Below, one piece after another: positions 9,602 to 20,199 of a stretch of 64,000 bases of DNA. The notes beneath the pieces were generated by a model, which searched no databases, had not been told where the DNA came from, and saw only the letters and a program-made list of their open reading frames with translations. The position numbers and the translations under genes are program-made. Within the stretch, counting starts at the first letter, position 1; every line of letters begins with the position of its first letter. This DNA is from a virus. Where the stretch lies: IMG/VR virus record IMGVR_UViG_3300024262_000017, positions 1 through 64,000 of that record, one strand, 5' to 3'.

Positions 9602-10207
9602 TCAAAACTGTATTGGTGGACGCAAACCTGCCAACACCTTTGTTTGGTATCTAGGTGATACACTGCGAACCTTGTTGATAAGATAGTCAGGGGGTAACGT
9701 TTCTATTTTTCTCGCTGTATCCCGGACATCTTCTGTGAGATCCTTGACAGCGTTTGCTTTGAGCCTCATTGCCAGAGCGGCTAAGACACCAGCACCAGCA
9801 CTCCCTACGAGTCGTCCAAGTGGTCCAGCCTTAGGGGTGATTCCACCCAACGCAGCACTGCCCATTGCACCGCCGAGTAGCCCTGCGATACCGCCATAAG
9901 CAGCACCTTCACGCTCACGTCCTTCGGGCGCCAAGGCAAAACCAATTCCTGCTGGCGCAATAACACTCCCGAGGCCACTCAAGATACTTGCGGTTTTTTG
10001 GTACGATTCATCCATGCCGGCTTCCTTCAAAGCGTGTAGTCTACCCAAGTCAGACGCCAATGCCAAACAGGCAGTCTTCTTGTTTGGGAGCTCTTTGAAT
10101 GGCGTCTTTGTTTCCTTGGCCCACTGCTTAGCCTTTCCTTTTGGAAGCTCACCTTTGTTTTCCATGGCGAAGAATTTTCCCCATTGTTTTTTACTCTTGA
10201 ACGGCAT
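9602..10207 (-). CDS. Gly-rich protein with an MPFKS-type basic N-terminus and a degenerate internal leader
   Basis: MPFKSKKQW..., LGRLHALKEAG, QKTAS, then glycine-zipper hydrophobic segments. Confidence 0.7.
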   Translation of the reverse strand: MPFKSKKQWGKFFAMENKGELPKGKAKQWAKETKTPFKELPNKKTACLALASDLGRLHALKEAGMDESYQKTASILSGLGSVIAPAGIGFALAPEGREREGAAYGGIAGLLGGAMGSAALGGITPKAGPLGRLVGSAGAGVLAALAMRLKANAVKDLTEDVRDTARKIETLPPDYLINKVRSVSPRYQTKVLAGLRPPIQF

Positions 10208-10629
10208 CAGTCGCTACTCCCAAATACACTTGAGAAGCGAGAGGCATCAGCGTTGGGGAACAGTGATTTCAATCCTTTGTAACCACCATAACCAGCGCCA
10301 GCAACACCTGTGGCAATGCCAGCTCCTTGGAGCCAGGGTGTGGCTTGTTCAAGTAGGGTTTTCTCTAGCAAAGGAATGTTCTTACCTGCTAACCTTTCTG
10401 GTACGGTTCCAGGGAGCCCTTCTAGAAATTTGTGTCCAAGTCCGCCTTCTGCTTTAGCTGAGTGAAGTTTGCTTGCGGTTTCTCGCATGCCACGACCTAT
10501 GTTTTTGGCACCACGTTTGGTGGCTTTCCACAGGGTAGTGGCAACTTCTTTGGCGGTGCTACCCTCTTTTACGAGGCCAGCATCTACATAGGCTGCGAGA
10601 GCACCAATTTCGTAGGCTGTTTTTAACAC
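10207..10629 (-). CDS. leader-family Gly-rich protein (MLKTAYEIGALAAYVDAGLVKEG...)
   Basis: GTG start with SD GAGGT; shared leader; C-terminal GAGIATGVAGAGYGG segment. Confidence 0.8.
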   Translation of the reverse strand: MLKTAYEIGALAAYVDAGLVKEGSTAKEVATTLWKATKRGAKNIGRGMRETASKLHSAKAEGGLGHKFLEGLPGTVPERLAGKNIPLLEKTLLEQATPWLQGAGIATGVAGAGYGGYKGLKSLFPNADASRFSSVFGSSD

Positions 10630-10637
10630 GTGTTACC

Positions 10638-13574
10638 TCACGCCAGCAAGTGAAGGCCAATCTGGTTTAATACTGAAGGCATTTTGACTTCCATGTAAAT
10701 TTCTAATCGGTCAGCCTCAGTTTGTTCGATGAGTCCGATGGTGGCTGATTGCAAGGGCACACCAATTTTTGGGAATCGTCGTAGTTGCAAGTACCGTGCA
10801 CCTGCGTTCAACGAGCTCGTAATTGCCGTGATGGTTTCAGGGATGATATTCCATTTCCCGAGGAAACTCTGAGCTATCTCTTTGAAGTAGGTTGAGATGT
10901 AATCGAAGTTTTTGACATTCATGAATTCGCCAAAAGCGTAAGCACTCACGTCAGTCGTAACTTCATGGATGGTATAGGGCAGGCTTGTTTCACTGTCTTG
11001 TACAAAAACATACCAACCCTTGTCTCGAAGTTCGGTCAGTTGGTCATCAGTGAAATAGTCGTTCGAGTTGAATATCTGCTCGATGCCGCCGCCACCGATG
11101 TAAGTGAATCCCTGGTGAGAGGGTAAGCCGGCTACCATGCCACCTACCATACAAGCCAGGTACTGACCTGTTTGTTTGTTTTGCTGGTCGGTCAGTTCAT
11201 TTTTCAAGCTGGCGACGTAGCATTCGTTCGGCCACACCATCAAGCAACGGTAGTAGCTCAAACTGGTGGTGATGGTTCCTAACTCGTCAACCTGAGATGC
11301 TTTGTCGAGAGCTATTGAAATGCGGTAAGGCATGTCGTCTGTGTAGGGTGCTTTGAAAGCTTTGGGGGCCAGTTCTTCAAGGTCGTCCAAAGCCGCATCC
11401 AAAACTTCATCGCTGACGACGGTGTCAATCAACCACGAGGTTACAGTGGTGTCCCATTTCAATGGGTCGATGTCGTCCGGGTAGGGGATTTCGATGCTCT
11501 CACCTGCGAGGACGGTGGTCAGAAAGCTGGCTGTGTCGTCACGCAAGCGGGTATACCGCGGACGGCAGGTGGCTGCAGCAACACCACGACTGGCCTTTGT
11601 GTGGTAGATGGCTACGTTGATAATGGCGCTACTCGGGTCGATGAGTTTGTAGGTTGCATCGACGGCGACTTGGAGCGTGTCTGCTGTTACGCCGGTAACC
11701 ACAAACATGCCACGGTTGGTGGTTGTGTTGTCACTGTTGACCAGGAAGACAGCCAAGTCTCCAACTGCAGCGCCTGTGAAAGCGCCGACCTTGGTAACAG
11801 TGTGGTCGTCGGTGAACGCACAGTCGTTGGCACTCAGAATCGGACGGTAGACTTCGACAGTGATGCTACCTGTGCTGGTATCAATGGCGTAGGGCATTTC
11901 GATGTCGATGCTATCAGCCGTTTTGGCAATGACTAAGAACCCATCATTGTGAGCCGCAGTATTGGCTCCGGTCACTTTGGCGATGTCACCGACTTGCACA
12001 TTGGCAAAGGCACCCGAAGCTGGCTTGGAGATTTGCACAACGGTGTTGTCGTCCCAGTTGCAATTGTCGACGTCGGCAATCGGGGTTCCACCTTCAGCAT
12101 CAAGGATGGCTTCTCGAACGATGTAATCAGCACGCTCATCCAAGGCTGCGTGTGTCGAGGCAGGCCCCCAAGCAGTACCAACACGAAGACGTTTGCCACC
12201 AATGACACCCAGGACATCTTTGGCGCCACCGTAGCCGTCAGTGAAGATGGTTTCACCGTTGGCAACGGTCAGAATGCTGGGGGTTCCGTCGGCGTGTGTC
12301 ACATCCAGCAAATCTTGGGCAGTGATGCCAGCAGTAAGGAAGTTCGTTGCCGCATGAGGGTCGACGAACACATCGACATCAGCATCTCCAACGAATTCAG
12401 TCCCACCATAGGGACTTGGGGGAGCCGAGCTTTTTTCTGTGGGCAGTTCGTCGTAGGAACCGATGACCACGCGGAATTTGGATTTGGACGGGTCAGCAAA
12501 GTCATAGGTGTGTTGCTTCCACATGGCGATGACACTGATCCACAAAGCTCCACCCATACTGTCGGTCATGGGAACGATGGCATAGATGTCTGACCTGGTG
12601 GTGATTCCATCTCGGGCTGATTGATGCCCTGCAAGGTCATCACTGCCGACACCGTAAACTTGGATACCAGTTCCAGTGTTGGACATGGCAACTTGAGCGC
12701 CACCAGCAAGAGGGTTTCGTTCGTCAATGCGTCCAACGGCGGCTACGATACCTGCAGCGCTACTGATTTCTTGAACCTTCTGAAGGTCGGTGCGGAGTTC
12801 TCGGTAGCCCAAATACACTTGGCCATAGTTGGCGGCCCAGGTAAGGCTTTCGTAGGACAAACGCAGGCCTGTCGGGCCAGTCTTGACGATGACTTCGTTA
12901 CCCAAGATTGTGTAATAAGCAGAGTCCACAACTTGGTCGTCAAGCTGATGTTCTACACGCCACAGGACATTCGGGGTTGCGCCGGCAGCGTTGAGGAGAG
13001 CAATCTCAGCTGCTTTGAATGTCGTGGTTGTGCGTAAGGTGGTGGCATCGACTACTTCCTTGACCACCTTGATGACTGTGTAGTCCGCGTCTCCAGGGTT
13101 GGCGCTGTCCGTCATAATTAGACGGTCGCCAGGAGCTACCTTTTTGTCTTCAAAATCCCCTGTTGCGGAGATGAAAACATTTTCCCCTGCAACGATGGCC
13201 CCTGAGGGGGAGGTACCATTTCCTGCACCGTCTGCGCCATGGTTTAGGTCGAGGTAGACGTCATCCAAAACAACTTGGACACTATCTTCGTCGAGAATGC
13301 CACCAGCGACATGATTGGGTGGCGTAACGATGTCCAGGATGTCGCTGCCAGGGTCAGGTTGCCCAGCGCTGGAGCCATCAGCTAAGCAGCCCGCATCTGC
13401 GGTTTCTCCGGTTTTCACGAAGTCACCGGCGTAGATGTCGGTTTTGTCAGTTGAATAGTCCTGGATGTGATAGGCAGGCCCCACGAGAATCACGTTGAGA
13501 TCGGGGGCTCCAGGAGCAACAACGACGTCCTGGAAAGTCTGGTATACAAAGACGATTGGTCGGATGAACGCCAT
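10638..13574 (-). CDS. contractile tail sheath protein with large inserted domains
   Basis: N-terminal MAFIRPIVFVYQ resembles the sheath RPGVY motif; sheath-like C-terminus (LAC.VGG.VAG, HEVTT, FLGKWNI, IYMEVKMPSVLNQI); 978 aa. Confidence 0.8.
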   Translation of the reverse strand: MAFIRPIVFVYQTFQDVVVAPGAPDLNVILVGPAYHIQDYSTDKTDIYAGDFVKTGETADAGCLADGSSAGQPDPGSDILDIVTPPNHVAGGILDEDSVQVVLDDVYLDLNHGADGAGNGTSPSGAIVAGENVFISATGDFEDKKVAPGDRLIMTDSANPGDADYTVIKVVKEVVDATTLRTTTTFKAAEIALLNAAGATPNVLWRVEHQLDDQVVDSAYYTILGNEVIVKTGPTGLRLSYESLTWAANYGQVYLGYRELRTDLQKVQEISSAAGIVAAVGRIDERNPLAGGAQVAMSNTGTGIQVYGVGSDDLAGHQSARDGITTRSDIYAIVPMTDSMGGALWISVIAMWKQHTYDFADPSKSKFRVVIGSYDELPTEKSSAPPSPYGGTEFVGDADVDVFVDPHAATNFLTAGITAQDLLDVTHADGTPSILTVANGETIFTDGYGGAKDVLGVIGGKRLRVGTAWGPASTHAALDERADYIVREAILDAEGGTPIADVDNCNWDDNTVVQISKPASGAFANVQVGDIAKVTGANTAAHNDGFLVIAKTADSIDIEMPYAIDTSTGSITVEVYRPILSANDCAFTDDHTVTKVGAFTGAAVGDLAVFLVNSDNTTTNRGMFVVTGVTADTLQVAVDATYKLIDPSSAIINVAIYHTKASRGVAAATCRPRYTRLRDDTASFLTTVLAGESIEIPYPDDIDPLKWDTTVTSWLIDTVVSDEVLDAALDDLEELAPKAFKAPYTDDMPYRISIALDKASQVDELGTITTSLSYYRCLMVWPNECYVASLKNELTDQQNKQTGQYLACMVGGMVAGLPSHQGFTYIGGGGIEQIFNSNDYFTDDQLTELRDKGWYVFVQDSETSLPYTIHEVTTDVSAYAFGEFMNVKNFDYISTYFKEIAQSFLGKWNIIPETITAITSSLNAGARYLQLRRFPKIGVPLQSATIGLIEQTEADRLEIYMEVKMPSVLNQIGLHLLA

Positions 13575-13608
13575 TTTAGCTTCTCCTTACGAGTGTCATT
13601 CGTTCATA

Positions 13609-13637
13609 ATAGTAGGCCATATCCTGTGGTTTCACAA
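13609..13637 (-). promoter_or_regulatory. putative promoter of the sheath operon
   Basis: TTGTGA-17 bp (ending CC)-TACTAT. Confidence 0.7.
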
Positions 13638-13641
13638 CCAG

Positions 13642-14313
13642 TTAGTCGAGCGGATAGGGCTTACGCAGAACGATTTCTAAGAAAAAAGTTTCAGGGTTTT
13701 CTAAGTCTTTGAGTTTTACTCCAATTTCGTTGAGCACGTTGGCTATCGGTAGTGATGCCCATCGTGCTTCGTATGTTGCTCTAAATTGTACTGGTGTTGA
13801 CCAGAGTTTGTCATCTTTTTCAAAGGGTGTTGTTTGATTCATTACTACAGGAGACATGTCATGGAAGCCAAAGTAGGCCTGGATGTAGTTAGATGACATG
13901 TGCAAAAAGTCTTGTACGACGCTTCCAATGATAGCACTCTCAGCAGGTTTTGTAGAAGTGCAGTCGATAATGATGTCCACATCACCTTTGCAGTAAAATT
14001 GTTCTAACCGTACACCCATGGAAACGGGCATTTGGTCTTGGTCGCCCAGCGCTATTTTTCCATAGACATTTTGTTGGCGGTCTACCCAGACACCGGGGCG
14101 AACATTGCGTGCTTCTAAGTTGTCGTTCCAACCGCTTTCAACAAATATCTTTGTGGTGTTGGGGTCGTTTTCCCATGTCCAAGGTAGTACAGGGTCAATA
14201 GAGTTACCATCGGTGAATCGTTCTCGCAATACTTGGACGAATACGCCGAGCGCCGTCATGGGCGTTGATACACGAAATACTCCAGGTGCTCCAGGTGTTG
14301 GTGCTGGTATCAT
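13642..14313 (-). CDS. putative tail terminator/completion protein
   Basis: Position between the neck and sheath genes; size and alpha/beta pattern fit. Confidence 0.5.
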   Translation of the reverse strand: MIPAPTPGAPGVFRVSTPMTALGVFVQVLRERFTDGNSIDPVLPWTWENDPNTTKIFVESGWNDNLEARNVRPGVWVDRQQNVYGKIALGDQDQMPVSMGVRLEQFYCKGDVDIIIDCTSTKPAESAIIGSVVQDFLHMSSNYIQAYFGFHDMSPVVMNQTTPFEKDDKLWSTPVQFRATYEARWASLPIANVLNEIGVKLKDLENPETFFLEIVLRKPYPLD

Positions 14314-14831
14314 CAGTAGGCGCTTCCGCCATCGCCATAATCGTAGTTGTTGTCATAGCTGTCGTTCGGGTAACCCTGGGACATGGCCTGTTGGTACAGC
14401 TGTTCAGCATAGGGGTCATAGTCACCATAGCCTTGAGGCAACGCGCCAAAACCGCCTTCGTCTGCTCCCATGGGAATTCCCATCGAACCTCCGATAGTGC
14501 GGGTTGCTGAAGGGGGAGAAGCTTCAGCTTGGGGAGAGGTAGTTTTTCCAAAAGCACGAGGTAGCTGACTCCCGAGTAGACCCCCTGCTCCGGCGCCTAG
14601 TAGGCCACCGATACCACCACCTACAGCGCCTGCTTGGCCTTCGTCATACCCAAAAGTATCTCCGATATATGACCCGAGTTGTTTACCCAGTAAACCACCA
14701 CCAGCTGCACCCGCAAGTCCGCCACCCACACCACCAGCGAGCTGTGCGGCCTGCATCTGTGCTGGAGACATTTCAGCTTCTTTGATGGCTTCTTGGTAGC
14801 CGAGAGAGAAAGCGTGTTTGAGCATAGACAT
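14313..14831 (-). CDS. leader-family glycine-zipper protein with a Tyr-rich acidic tail
   Basis: Start moved to ATG 14831 (SD AAGGAG): MSMLKHAFSLGYQEAIKEA; two GxxxG zippers. Confidence 0.8.
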   Translation of the reverse strand: MSMLKHAFSLGYQEAIKEAEMSPAQMQAAQLAGGVGGGLAGAAGGGLLGKQLGSYIGDTFGYDEGQAGAVGGGIGGLLGAGAGGLLGSQLPRAFGKTTSPQAEASPPSATRTIGGSMGIPMGADEGGFGALPQGYGDYDPYAEQLYQQAMSQGYPNDSYDNNYDYGDGGSAY

Positions 14832-14841
14832 TTCATACTCC

Positions 14842-15744
14842 TTACAAGTCAACGCTGATTGCGTATTCCTTGGCTTGTCGTTCTAGTTCAGATACAGACA
14901 CTGTTTGATGAACTGGTATTGTTTTCAGCGTGGTGAAGTACCTTTGTTTTACAAGGAATCGCCGGTTACGTGCTTTCTCTACCAGCAAGTCTCCCTCGTC
15001 AATTCGAGGCCAACTCTGCAATTGAATGCGGGTCATGTCAACGTCGTCTTTGGTTTGCGGGGTTAAGTCTGTTTGTACCTGGCTTGCCAGTCGTCTACCC
15101 AGCATTGCAACTGGGTTGAAGAATCCTTCTTCCCAGCTGGTTCCATGACAAGTGTCACAATGCGACAGTGTGACCTTTCTCGTAGTAGGGTCATAGCATT
15201 CTGGGCAGCGTGTACCAAAGTGGCGTCGCTTGAGTAACAAGTATTCAATACCGTTGAACTTGCTTAGCAAGAGATATTGTTCCCGTAATATCTTTCTACG
15301 CAATAACCTTAGACGTTTATCAAGTGCGCTTTCATCCTTGGGACGCTCAGTTAGATTTGTTCGTGGTCCTACCTCAAACTGAGCTTGGTCAGTTACGCGA
15401 TACCCAATAGCTGGTTGAGAATCAAGGAGGGTTACTTCAGCTTGCCCTTCGAGGTTCACAATAGGAGAGTCGACTTGGTTTAGAACTCCACTAGGAGGAA
15501 TCAGTCGGATTTGGTAATAAAGGTCTCGTGACAATGCAAGGATGTTAGCGCCTTCAATATCAAGGTCGTCGTAGCCTATATGAACATCGACATAGTCTTG
15601 TATCTTAGTCCAAGGGCCACCCGGTGACCCAGACCGGTACACTTCGAAAACGAATGAACCGCTTTCGTCAATCTCCTCAAGGTCCCATTGAAGACGAACT
15701 TGATTGGGTTTCCAAGGGAGGACTTCTGTGATGAACACTTTCAC
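14842..15744 (-). CDS. putative neck/head-closure protein with FN3-like and Zn-finger domains
   Basis: VRLQW..FEVYRS..W FN3-like N-terminus; CPEC...CDTCHGT Zn motif; EGDLLVE..RF.V closure-like barrel. Confidence 0.6.
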   Translation of the reverse strand: MKVFITEVLPWKPNQVRLQWDLEEIDESGSFVFEVYRSGSPGGPWTKIQDYVDVHIGYDDLDIEGANILALSRDLYYQIRLIPPSGVLNQVDSPIVNLEGQAEVTLLDSQPAIGYRVTDQAQFEVGPRTNLTERPKDESALDKRLRLLRRKILREQYLLLSKFNGIEYLLLKRRHFGTRCPECYDPTTRKVTLSHCDTCHGTSWEEGFFNPVAMLGRRLASQVQTDLTPQTKDDVDMTRIQLQSWPRIDEGDLLVEKARNRRFLVKQRYFTTLKTIPVHQTVSVSELERQAKEYAISVDL

Positions 15745-16040
15745 TAATCGTCCTCTTCCTCATCCTCATCATCTTCATCGTCTTCGGCATCGGACTCTAC
15801 CCCAGCCGTGTCGCCCTCTTCGTCGCTTTCAGACTTGATGGTAATGATGGGCACTTCTTCGTCGTAAGCCCGCTTCATCATTGCATCCCGGACAGCAGCA
15901 CTGGCGTTCTTCCAAAATTCAAGAAACAATACCCCCTCCTTCGTATTGGGTACATCAAAGGTATTGGGGTAACCAGTTTTCAACATCATGCCATCACGTA
16001 AACGAGGCGGGATACTGAGGCGTGCGAGTACCTTAGACAT
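15744..16040 (-). CDS. hypothetical protein with an acidic tail
   Basis: SD AGGAG; D/E-rich C-terminus. Confidence 0.65.
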   Translation of the reverse strand: MSKVLARLSIPPRLRDGMMLKTGYPNTFDVPNTKEGVLFLEFWKNASAAVRDAMMKRAYDEEVPIITIKSESDEEGDTAGVESDAEDDEDDEDEEEDD

Positions 16041-16041
16041 T

Positions 16042-16236
16042 TTACACTCCTACCTTTGGAAGCTTTGGTGCAAGGTTAGGGGCACCAGGTGTTTTTGTAT
16101 CTGCCGACATAGACCCTAAATCATTCTGAGCCAGGGATGCTGTTGGGTTGGGAGTTGGTTTCGGTGATACTTGCTCTGCGCTGTGTTTACGAAGCACCTC
16201 AGCGAACTCTCGTAATTTGTGGGACACAGGTTTCAT
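16042..16236 (-). CDS. small hypothetical protein
   Basis: Likely start ATG 16236, just after the upstream stop. Confidence 0.55.
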   Translation of the reverse strand: MKPVSHKLREFAEVLRKHSAEQVSPKPTPNPTASLAQNDLGSMSADTKTPGAPNLAPKLPKVGV

Positions 16237-16240
16237 TTGT

Positions 16241-17314
16241 TTAGTACCCCGCGGCATATCGAGCTTGTGGTGTCATTGCAAATGCCCCACGCGCCATCAT
16301 GGATTCCGGTGACGTGGCAGACTGTGTTCGGTTCATGAGTTGGTTTGCACCTTCTTCAGTTCCAAGCGAAGTGCCCAGGGCTGCTCCTACTGTCGGAACA
16401 GCGAGGCCGGCCTTGAGGCCCATGTCTTTGGCCGTGGAACCAAGACCACTCAGCACACTTTGTCCTGCTCCACCAGTGGGACGGTTTTTCCACAGTTGCT
16501 TAAAGGATTTTCCACCAGTGGTGTCCCAGGCTTTCTGACCCCAGAACGAAGGCCCTTTTACACCTATCCCAGAAACATTCTTGGCCCGGTCTGCAAGGCC
16601 TGCCAGGCGTCCGCCTGGTAGAGCAGCTTTGGAACCAAGCAGCTTACCTATGCCACCTTTGGCCAACCGACCGCCTGCAGCCCAACCGAGACCACCAGCA
16701 GCACCACCTAAGAAACCTTTTCCTGCACCAGACCAAGACCAACCTTCTCCTGGTTTCCCACCTGTAAGACCGCCAATCCCACCAGAAATGGTACCGTACT
16801 GAAGCATCTGAGAGGGTACGTTTCGACCCCCGAAGGTAAGGGCCTTGTAAGCTTTGGACATATTTTTACCGCTGTTGCCCATACCACCACCAACAAGATT
16901 TTTACCAAAACGACCTAGTTCTGGAAGTAAGCCTTTAGCACCTTGGAGCATTTCACCCTTAGGTGCCATACCCATGAAGCCTCGAACTCCCTTTGCTACT
17001 GCATCGGCAGCGGGCGCGGCCCGGGTTGCGGGGGTATAAAGAGCACGGCCTATTCCTGGAAGTCGAGATTGAACTCCTCGACTACCAGCACCTGCCATAG
17101 CTTTAACACCACGCCCACCTGCCCGGGCAATGGCTGAACCTGCATTTAGGGTCTGGCGTCCAAGCATTTTCCCTGCAGCTCCAAGCATTTTAGTAAGGAA
17201 GGCTTCTTTGATGAGGTCTGCATCAAAGCCCAATTCATGGGAGTGCTCTTCAAGGGCTTGGTCTAAGCCTCGCAGGTAAGCAATCTTCAGCATGGTTGAA
17301 GTTGGATCCATCAA
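16241..17314 (-). CDS. leader-family long Gly/Ala/Lys-rich protein
   Basis: MLKIAYLRGLDQALEE...IKEA, then about 310 aa of cationic Gly-rich sequence with glycine zippers. Confidence 0.8.
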   Translation of the reverse strand: MMDPTSTMLKIAYLRGLDQALEEHSHELGFDADLIKEAFLTKMLGAAGKMLGRQTLNAGSAIARAGGRGVKAMAGAGSRGVQSRLPGIGRALYTPATRAAPAADAVAKGVRGFMGMAPKGEMLQGAKGLLPELGRFGKNLVGGGMGNSGKNMSKAYKALTFGGRNVPSQMLQYGTISGGIGGLTGGKPGEGWSWSGAGKGFLGGAAGGLGWAAGGRLAKGGIGKLLGSKAALPGGRLAGLADRAKNVSGIGVKGPSFWGQKAWDTTGGKSFKQLWKNRPTGGAGQSVLSGLGSTAKDMGLKAGLAVPTVGAALGTSLGTEEGANQLMNRTQSATSPESMMARGAFAMTPQARYAAGY

Positions 17315-17757
17315 CTACTCCTGAAACCAGGATACAGGAATCGGTACCCAGAAGAAAGGCTGTTGTAGGCAGATTCCATGTTGATTTGTTGCTTGATTTT
17401 CTGGGCTGCGTCTTTCCAGTCTGCCTTGAGTTGCTGGGCAAGCTGGTTGTAGAAAGTAAACTTATCATCGACTCCGATATTTTGGATGTCACCATCTTGA
17501 TAAGTTGCTTGGTTACGCAGCTGCAGGAAGGATTCGCTGCGCATCAAGTGTGCTGCGATTCCCATGAGAAGTACCCAGTCGTTCGGGAAGCTATCCTCGT
17601 CAACCGTAGAAACTGGGGTTATCGAATTGTATTCTGCGATGGCAAACTTTGTTGCATCGTTGATGTCCTCTTCTTCGAATTGGACATTATCGATAAGAAT
17701 ATTGTTTTGGGCGTAGTCGCGCAGAAAACGTTGTACGTGCCCAGGATTTATAGACAT
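17311..17757 (-). CDS. putative head-tail adaptor (neck) protein
   Basis: Helical 148-aa protein downstream of the capsid gene (VQRFLRD..., LLMG.AAHL) with an adaptor-like pattern. Confidence 0.55.
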   Translation of the reverse strand: MSINPGHVQRFLRDYAQNNILIDNVQFEEEDINDATKFAIAEYNSITPVSTVDEDSFPNDWVLLMGIAAHLMRSESFLQLRNQATYQDGDIQNIGVDDKFTFYNQLAQQLKADWKDAAQKIKQQINMESAYNSLSSGYRFLYPGFRSS

Positions 17758-17881
17758 GTGGTACTCCCCGGGAACAGACGCGTTGTAAGAAAGCGCACTA
17801 AGTGTAAATGGTTAACGGTCAGCTTGGCGATATTACTTTTATGTAGATGTTGTGCCATGCTGACCGCACCACCATTAACTC

Positions 17882-18325
<444 letters not shown>

Positions 18326-18337
18326 GGCTCATCTCCC

Positions 18338-19240
18338 TTAGGACATGGTCATGCGGGTGATCGCTTTGGTGTTCCCGATACCGATGCCAGGCGCGCTGTA
18401 CGACCAGAACTCGATGATGTCCGCTTCCTGCTTGATGAACAGGGTGGCGTCCTGAAGCAGATAGAAATTGCCCAGGTAGTTTTCCGTCGAGAACAACCAT
18501 ACCACGTTGTCCGGGATCAGTTCGTTCTTGATGGTCGTCACGACCGGGATACCGAACAACTTCTCTTCCTCTTCGACACCACCAGTGTAGTGAGCCGATG
18601 CAATCTGGTCACCTACGCTGGTTGCGGGTTGCCGCAGGATGTCGTAGTAGGTCTGTTTCGCCATCAGCAATTTGCCGATGGGTTGCTTGCGCGCGATGTG
18701 GGCTTTCAGCATGTCGGAAATGATTCCGGCATCCAGAGTGGCTGCACCGGTCAAGTCCTGGTCAGGCTTGCCCGTCACCGAAGCGATGGCTGTTTCGATG
18801 AACTTGCCATCTTCGATGTCCGACATGTCCTTCACCGAGTTGTCGGAGAGGATTTTGCGGATGTCGTTCTGGTAGGTCATCAGTTCGAACTTCGACTTCG
18901 TGAACCGCTGACTCTCGATCTTGCCGAAGTAAATCGCGTAGCGAGGACCACTGAACCACGTACGGTCTCCGGTACCCTTGAAGGTAACGAAAGTCGCGGT
19001 GGAATCAGGCTCTTTCTCTACGATCTTCTTCGGAAGATCCGTGTTTTCATCGCGATCGATCTCGTCGTCCGCCAACACGATAGGGGTGAGAATTTCGCGC
19101 GCAAAAGAGGACTGACGAAGCTTGGAACGAATGAAGGCAGAACCTTCATCCTGAGCCTGCTTGGTTTGCCCTGATTCCAACTTGCGGACGAAGCTCGAAT
19201 TGATGAACTGGGCCGATACGTTCGTGCTTTCGGTTCTCAT
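18338..19240 (-). CDS. major capsid protein (HK97 fold, putative)
   Basis: 300 aa, downstream of the decoration genes; strongly C-ending codons; FAREIL.P, SQRFTKSKFEL, LFGIPVVTT.K..LIPDN.V.L pattern. Confidence 0.8.
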   Translation of the reverse strand: MRTESTNVSAQFINSSFVRKLESGQTKQAQDEGSAFIRSKLRQSSFAREILTPIVLADDEIDRDENTDLPKKIVEKEPDSTATFVTFKGTGDRTWFSGPRYAIYFGKIESQRFTKSKFELMTYQNDIRKILSDNSVKDMSDIEDGKFIETAIASVTGKPDQDLTGAATLDAGIISDMLKAHIARKQPIGKLLMAKQTYYDILRQPATSVGDQIASAHYTGGVEEEEKLFGIPVVTTIKNELIPDNVVWLFSTENYLGNFYLLQDATLFIKQEADIIEFWSYSAPGIGIGNTKAITRMTMS

Positions 19241-19292
19241 TGCCTCAATCTCCTTACGAGTAGATACTCAGTTTTTTCCAAGTTCAGTTTGT

Positions 19293-19736
19293 TTACGACT
19301 CAATGATCATGTAACCATCGGTCGAATTGAATTCGATTACTTTGCCCAGGGAATATACGCCTCCACCGGGGTCTACATTGGTCAGCACGCCATTGGCGTC
19401 TGCCCAAACTAATTCCCCAACTACGGGGGTCAGTACGGTGACAACCTTGAAAACCACACCTGTGCGCAATTTGACACAAGTCAGTTTTCCTGTGAATTCA
19501 CCATCATACTGGTCAGCACCCTGCACGACGAGCCAAGGGTGGTCTGGGTTGTTGCCAATCAATAAGGCTGATTCGTGTCGGTCTACGACCGAACGACCAG
19601 CACCATCATCTTCGACGGCTACGACAGTGCCCTCAACGATGTTGGCAATGCCGGCTTTCTGGACGAAGTCCCAAGACAGTGCACTGCCATTGGGCCAACC
19701 GCGTAGAACGTCAAATGCGGAATTGAGATTCGACAT
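19293..19736 (-). CDS. capsid decoration/cement protein, paralog 1
   Basis: MSNLNSAFDVLRGWPNGSAL; C-terminal VGELVWA..G.L...LGKVIE beta-tulip-like pattern. Confidence 0.65.
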   Translation of the reverse strand: MSNLNSAFDVLRGWPNGSALSWDFVQKAGIANIVEGTVVAVEDDGAGRSVVDRHESALLIGNNPDHPWLVVQGADQYDGEFTGKLTCVKLRTGVVFKVVTVLTPVVGELVWADANGVLTNVDPGGGVYSLGKVIEFNSTDGYMIIES

Positions 19737-19751
19737 AGGAACTTTCCTTTC

Positions 19752-20189
19752 TTACGTCGCGATGATGACGTAGCCGCTGGCGCTCGGGGCTTCGATGACT
19801 TGACCAATAGCCTGCTCAGTCCCAGCCACTTTTGCAGGAACGCCGGCATTGGCATAAACCAAGTCACCGACAGCAAAGGCCACAAGAGTTGCTACTTTGA
19901 ACACCAAACCGGATTTCATGGACAAGACTGTAACCTTGTTCGCGAAAGCGGCATCGCTTTGGTCCATACCTTGGATACAGAGCCAAGGAAAGTCAGGGGC
20001 TGAAGCGACAGCAGCAGACGTCATCTTGGAGACTACCGGGACCCCTGCTTCATTCTCGACGGCGACAATCATACCTTCGATGATGATGGGACTTTCCGCG
20101 GCCTTCTGTTTGAAGTTGTTCTCCATGGCACTTCGGCCGTGAGGCGGAAGGCCTGCGAGGACGTCAAACAATGAATTCAGGTTCGACAT
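19752..20189 (-). CDS. capsid decoration/cement protein, paralog 2
   Basis: MSNLNSLFDVLAG; aligns by eye with paralog 1 (EG..VAVE, PWL..QG.DQ.D, VGDLVYA). Confidence 0.65.
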   Translation of the reverse strand: MSNLNSLFDVLAGLPPHGRSAMENNFKQKAAESPIIIEGMIVAVENEAGVPVVSKMTSAAVASAPDFPWLCIQGMDQSDAAFANKVTVLSMKSGLVFKVATLVAFAVGDLVYANAGVPAKVAGTEQAIGQVIEAPSASGYVIIAT

Positions 20190-20199
20190 GTCGTCCTCC

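Noticed and set aside
7208-13574. Interpretation as a T6SS/eCIS or tailocin locus
   Set aside because: Capsid, portal, terminase and replication genes are present, indicating a complete phage.
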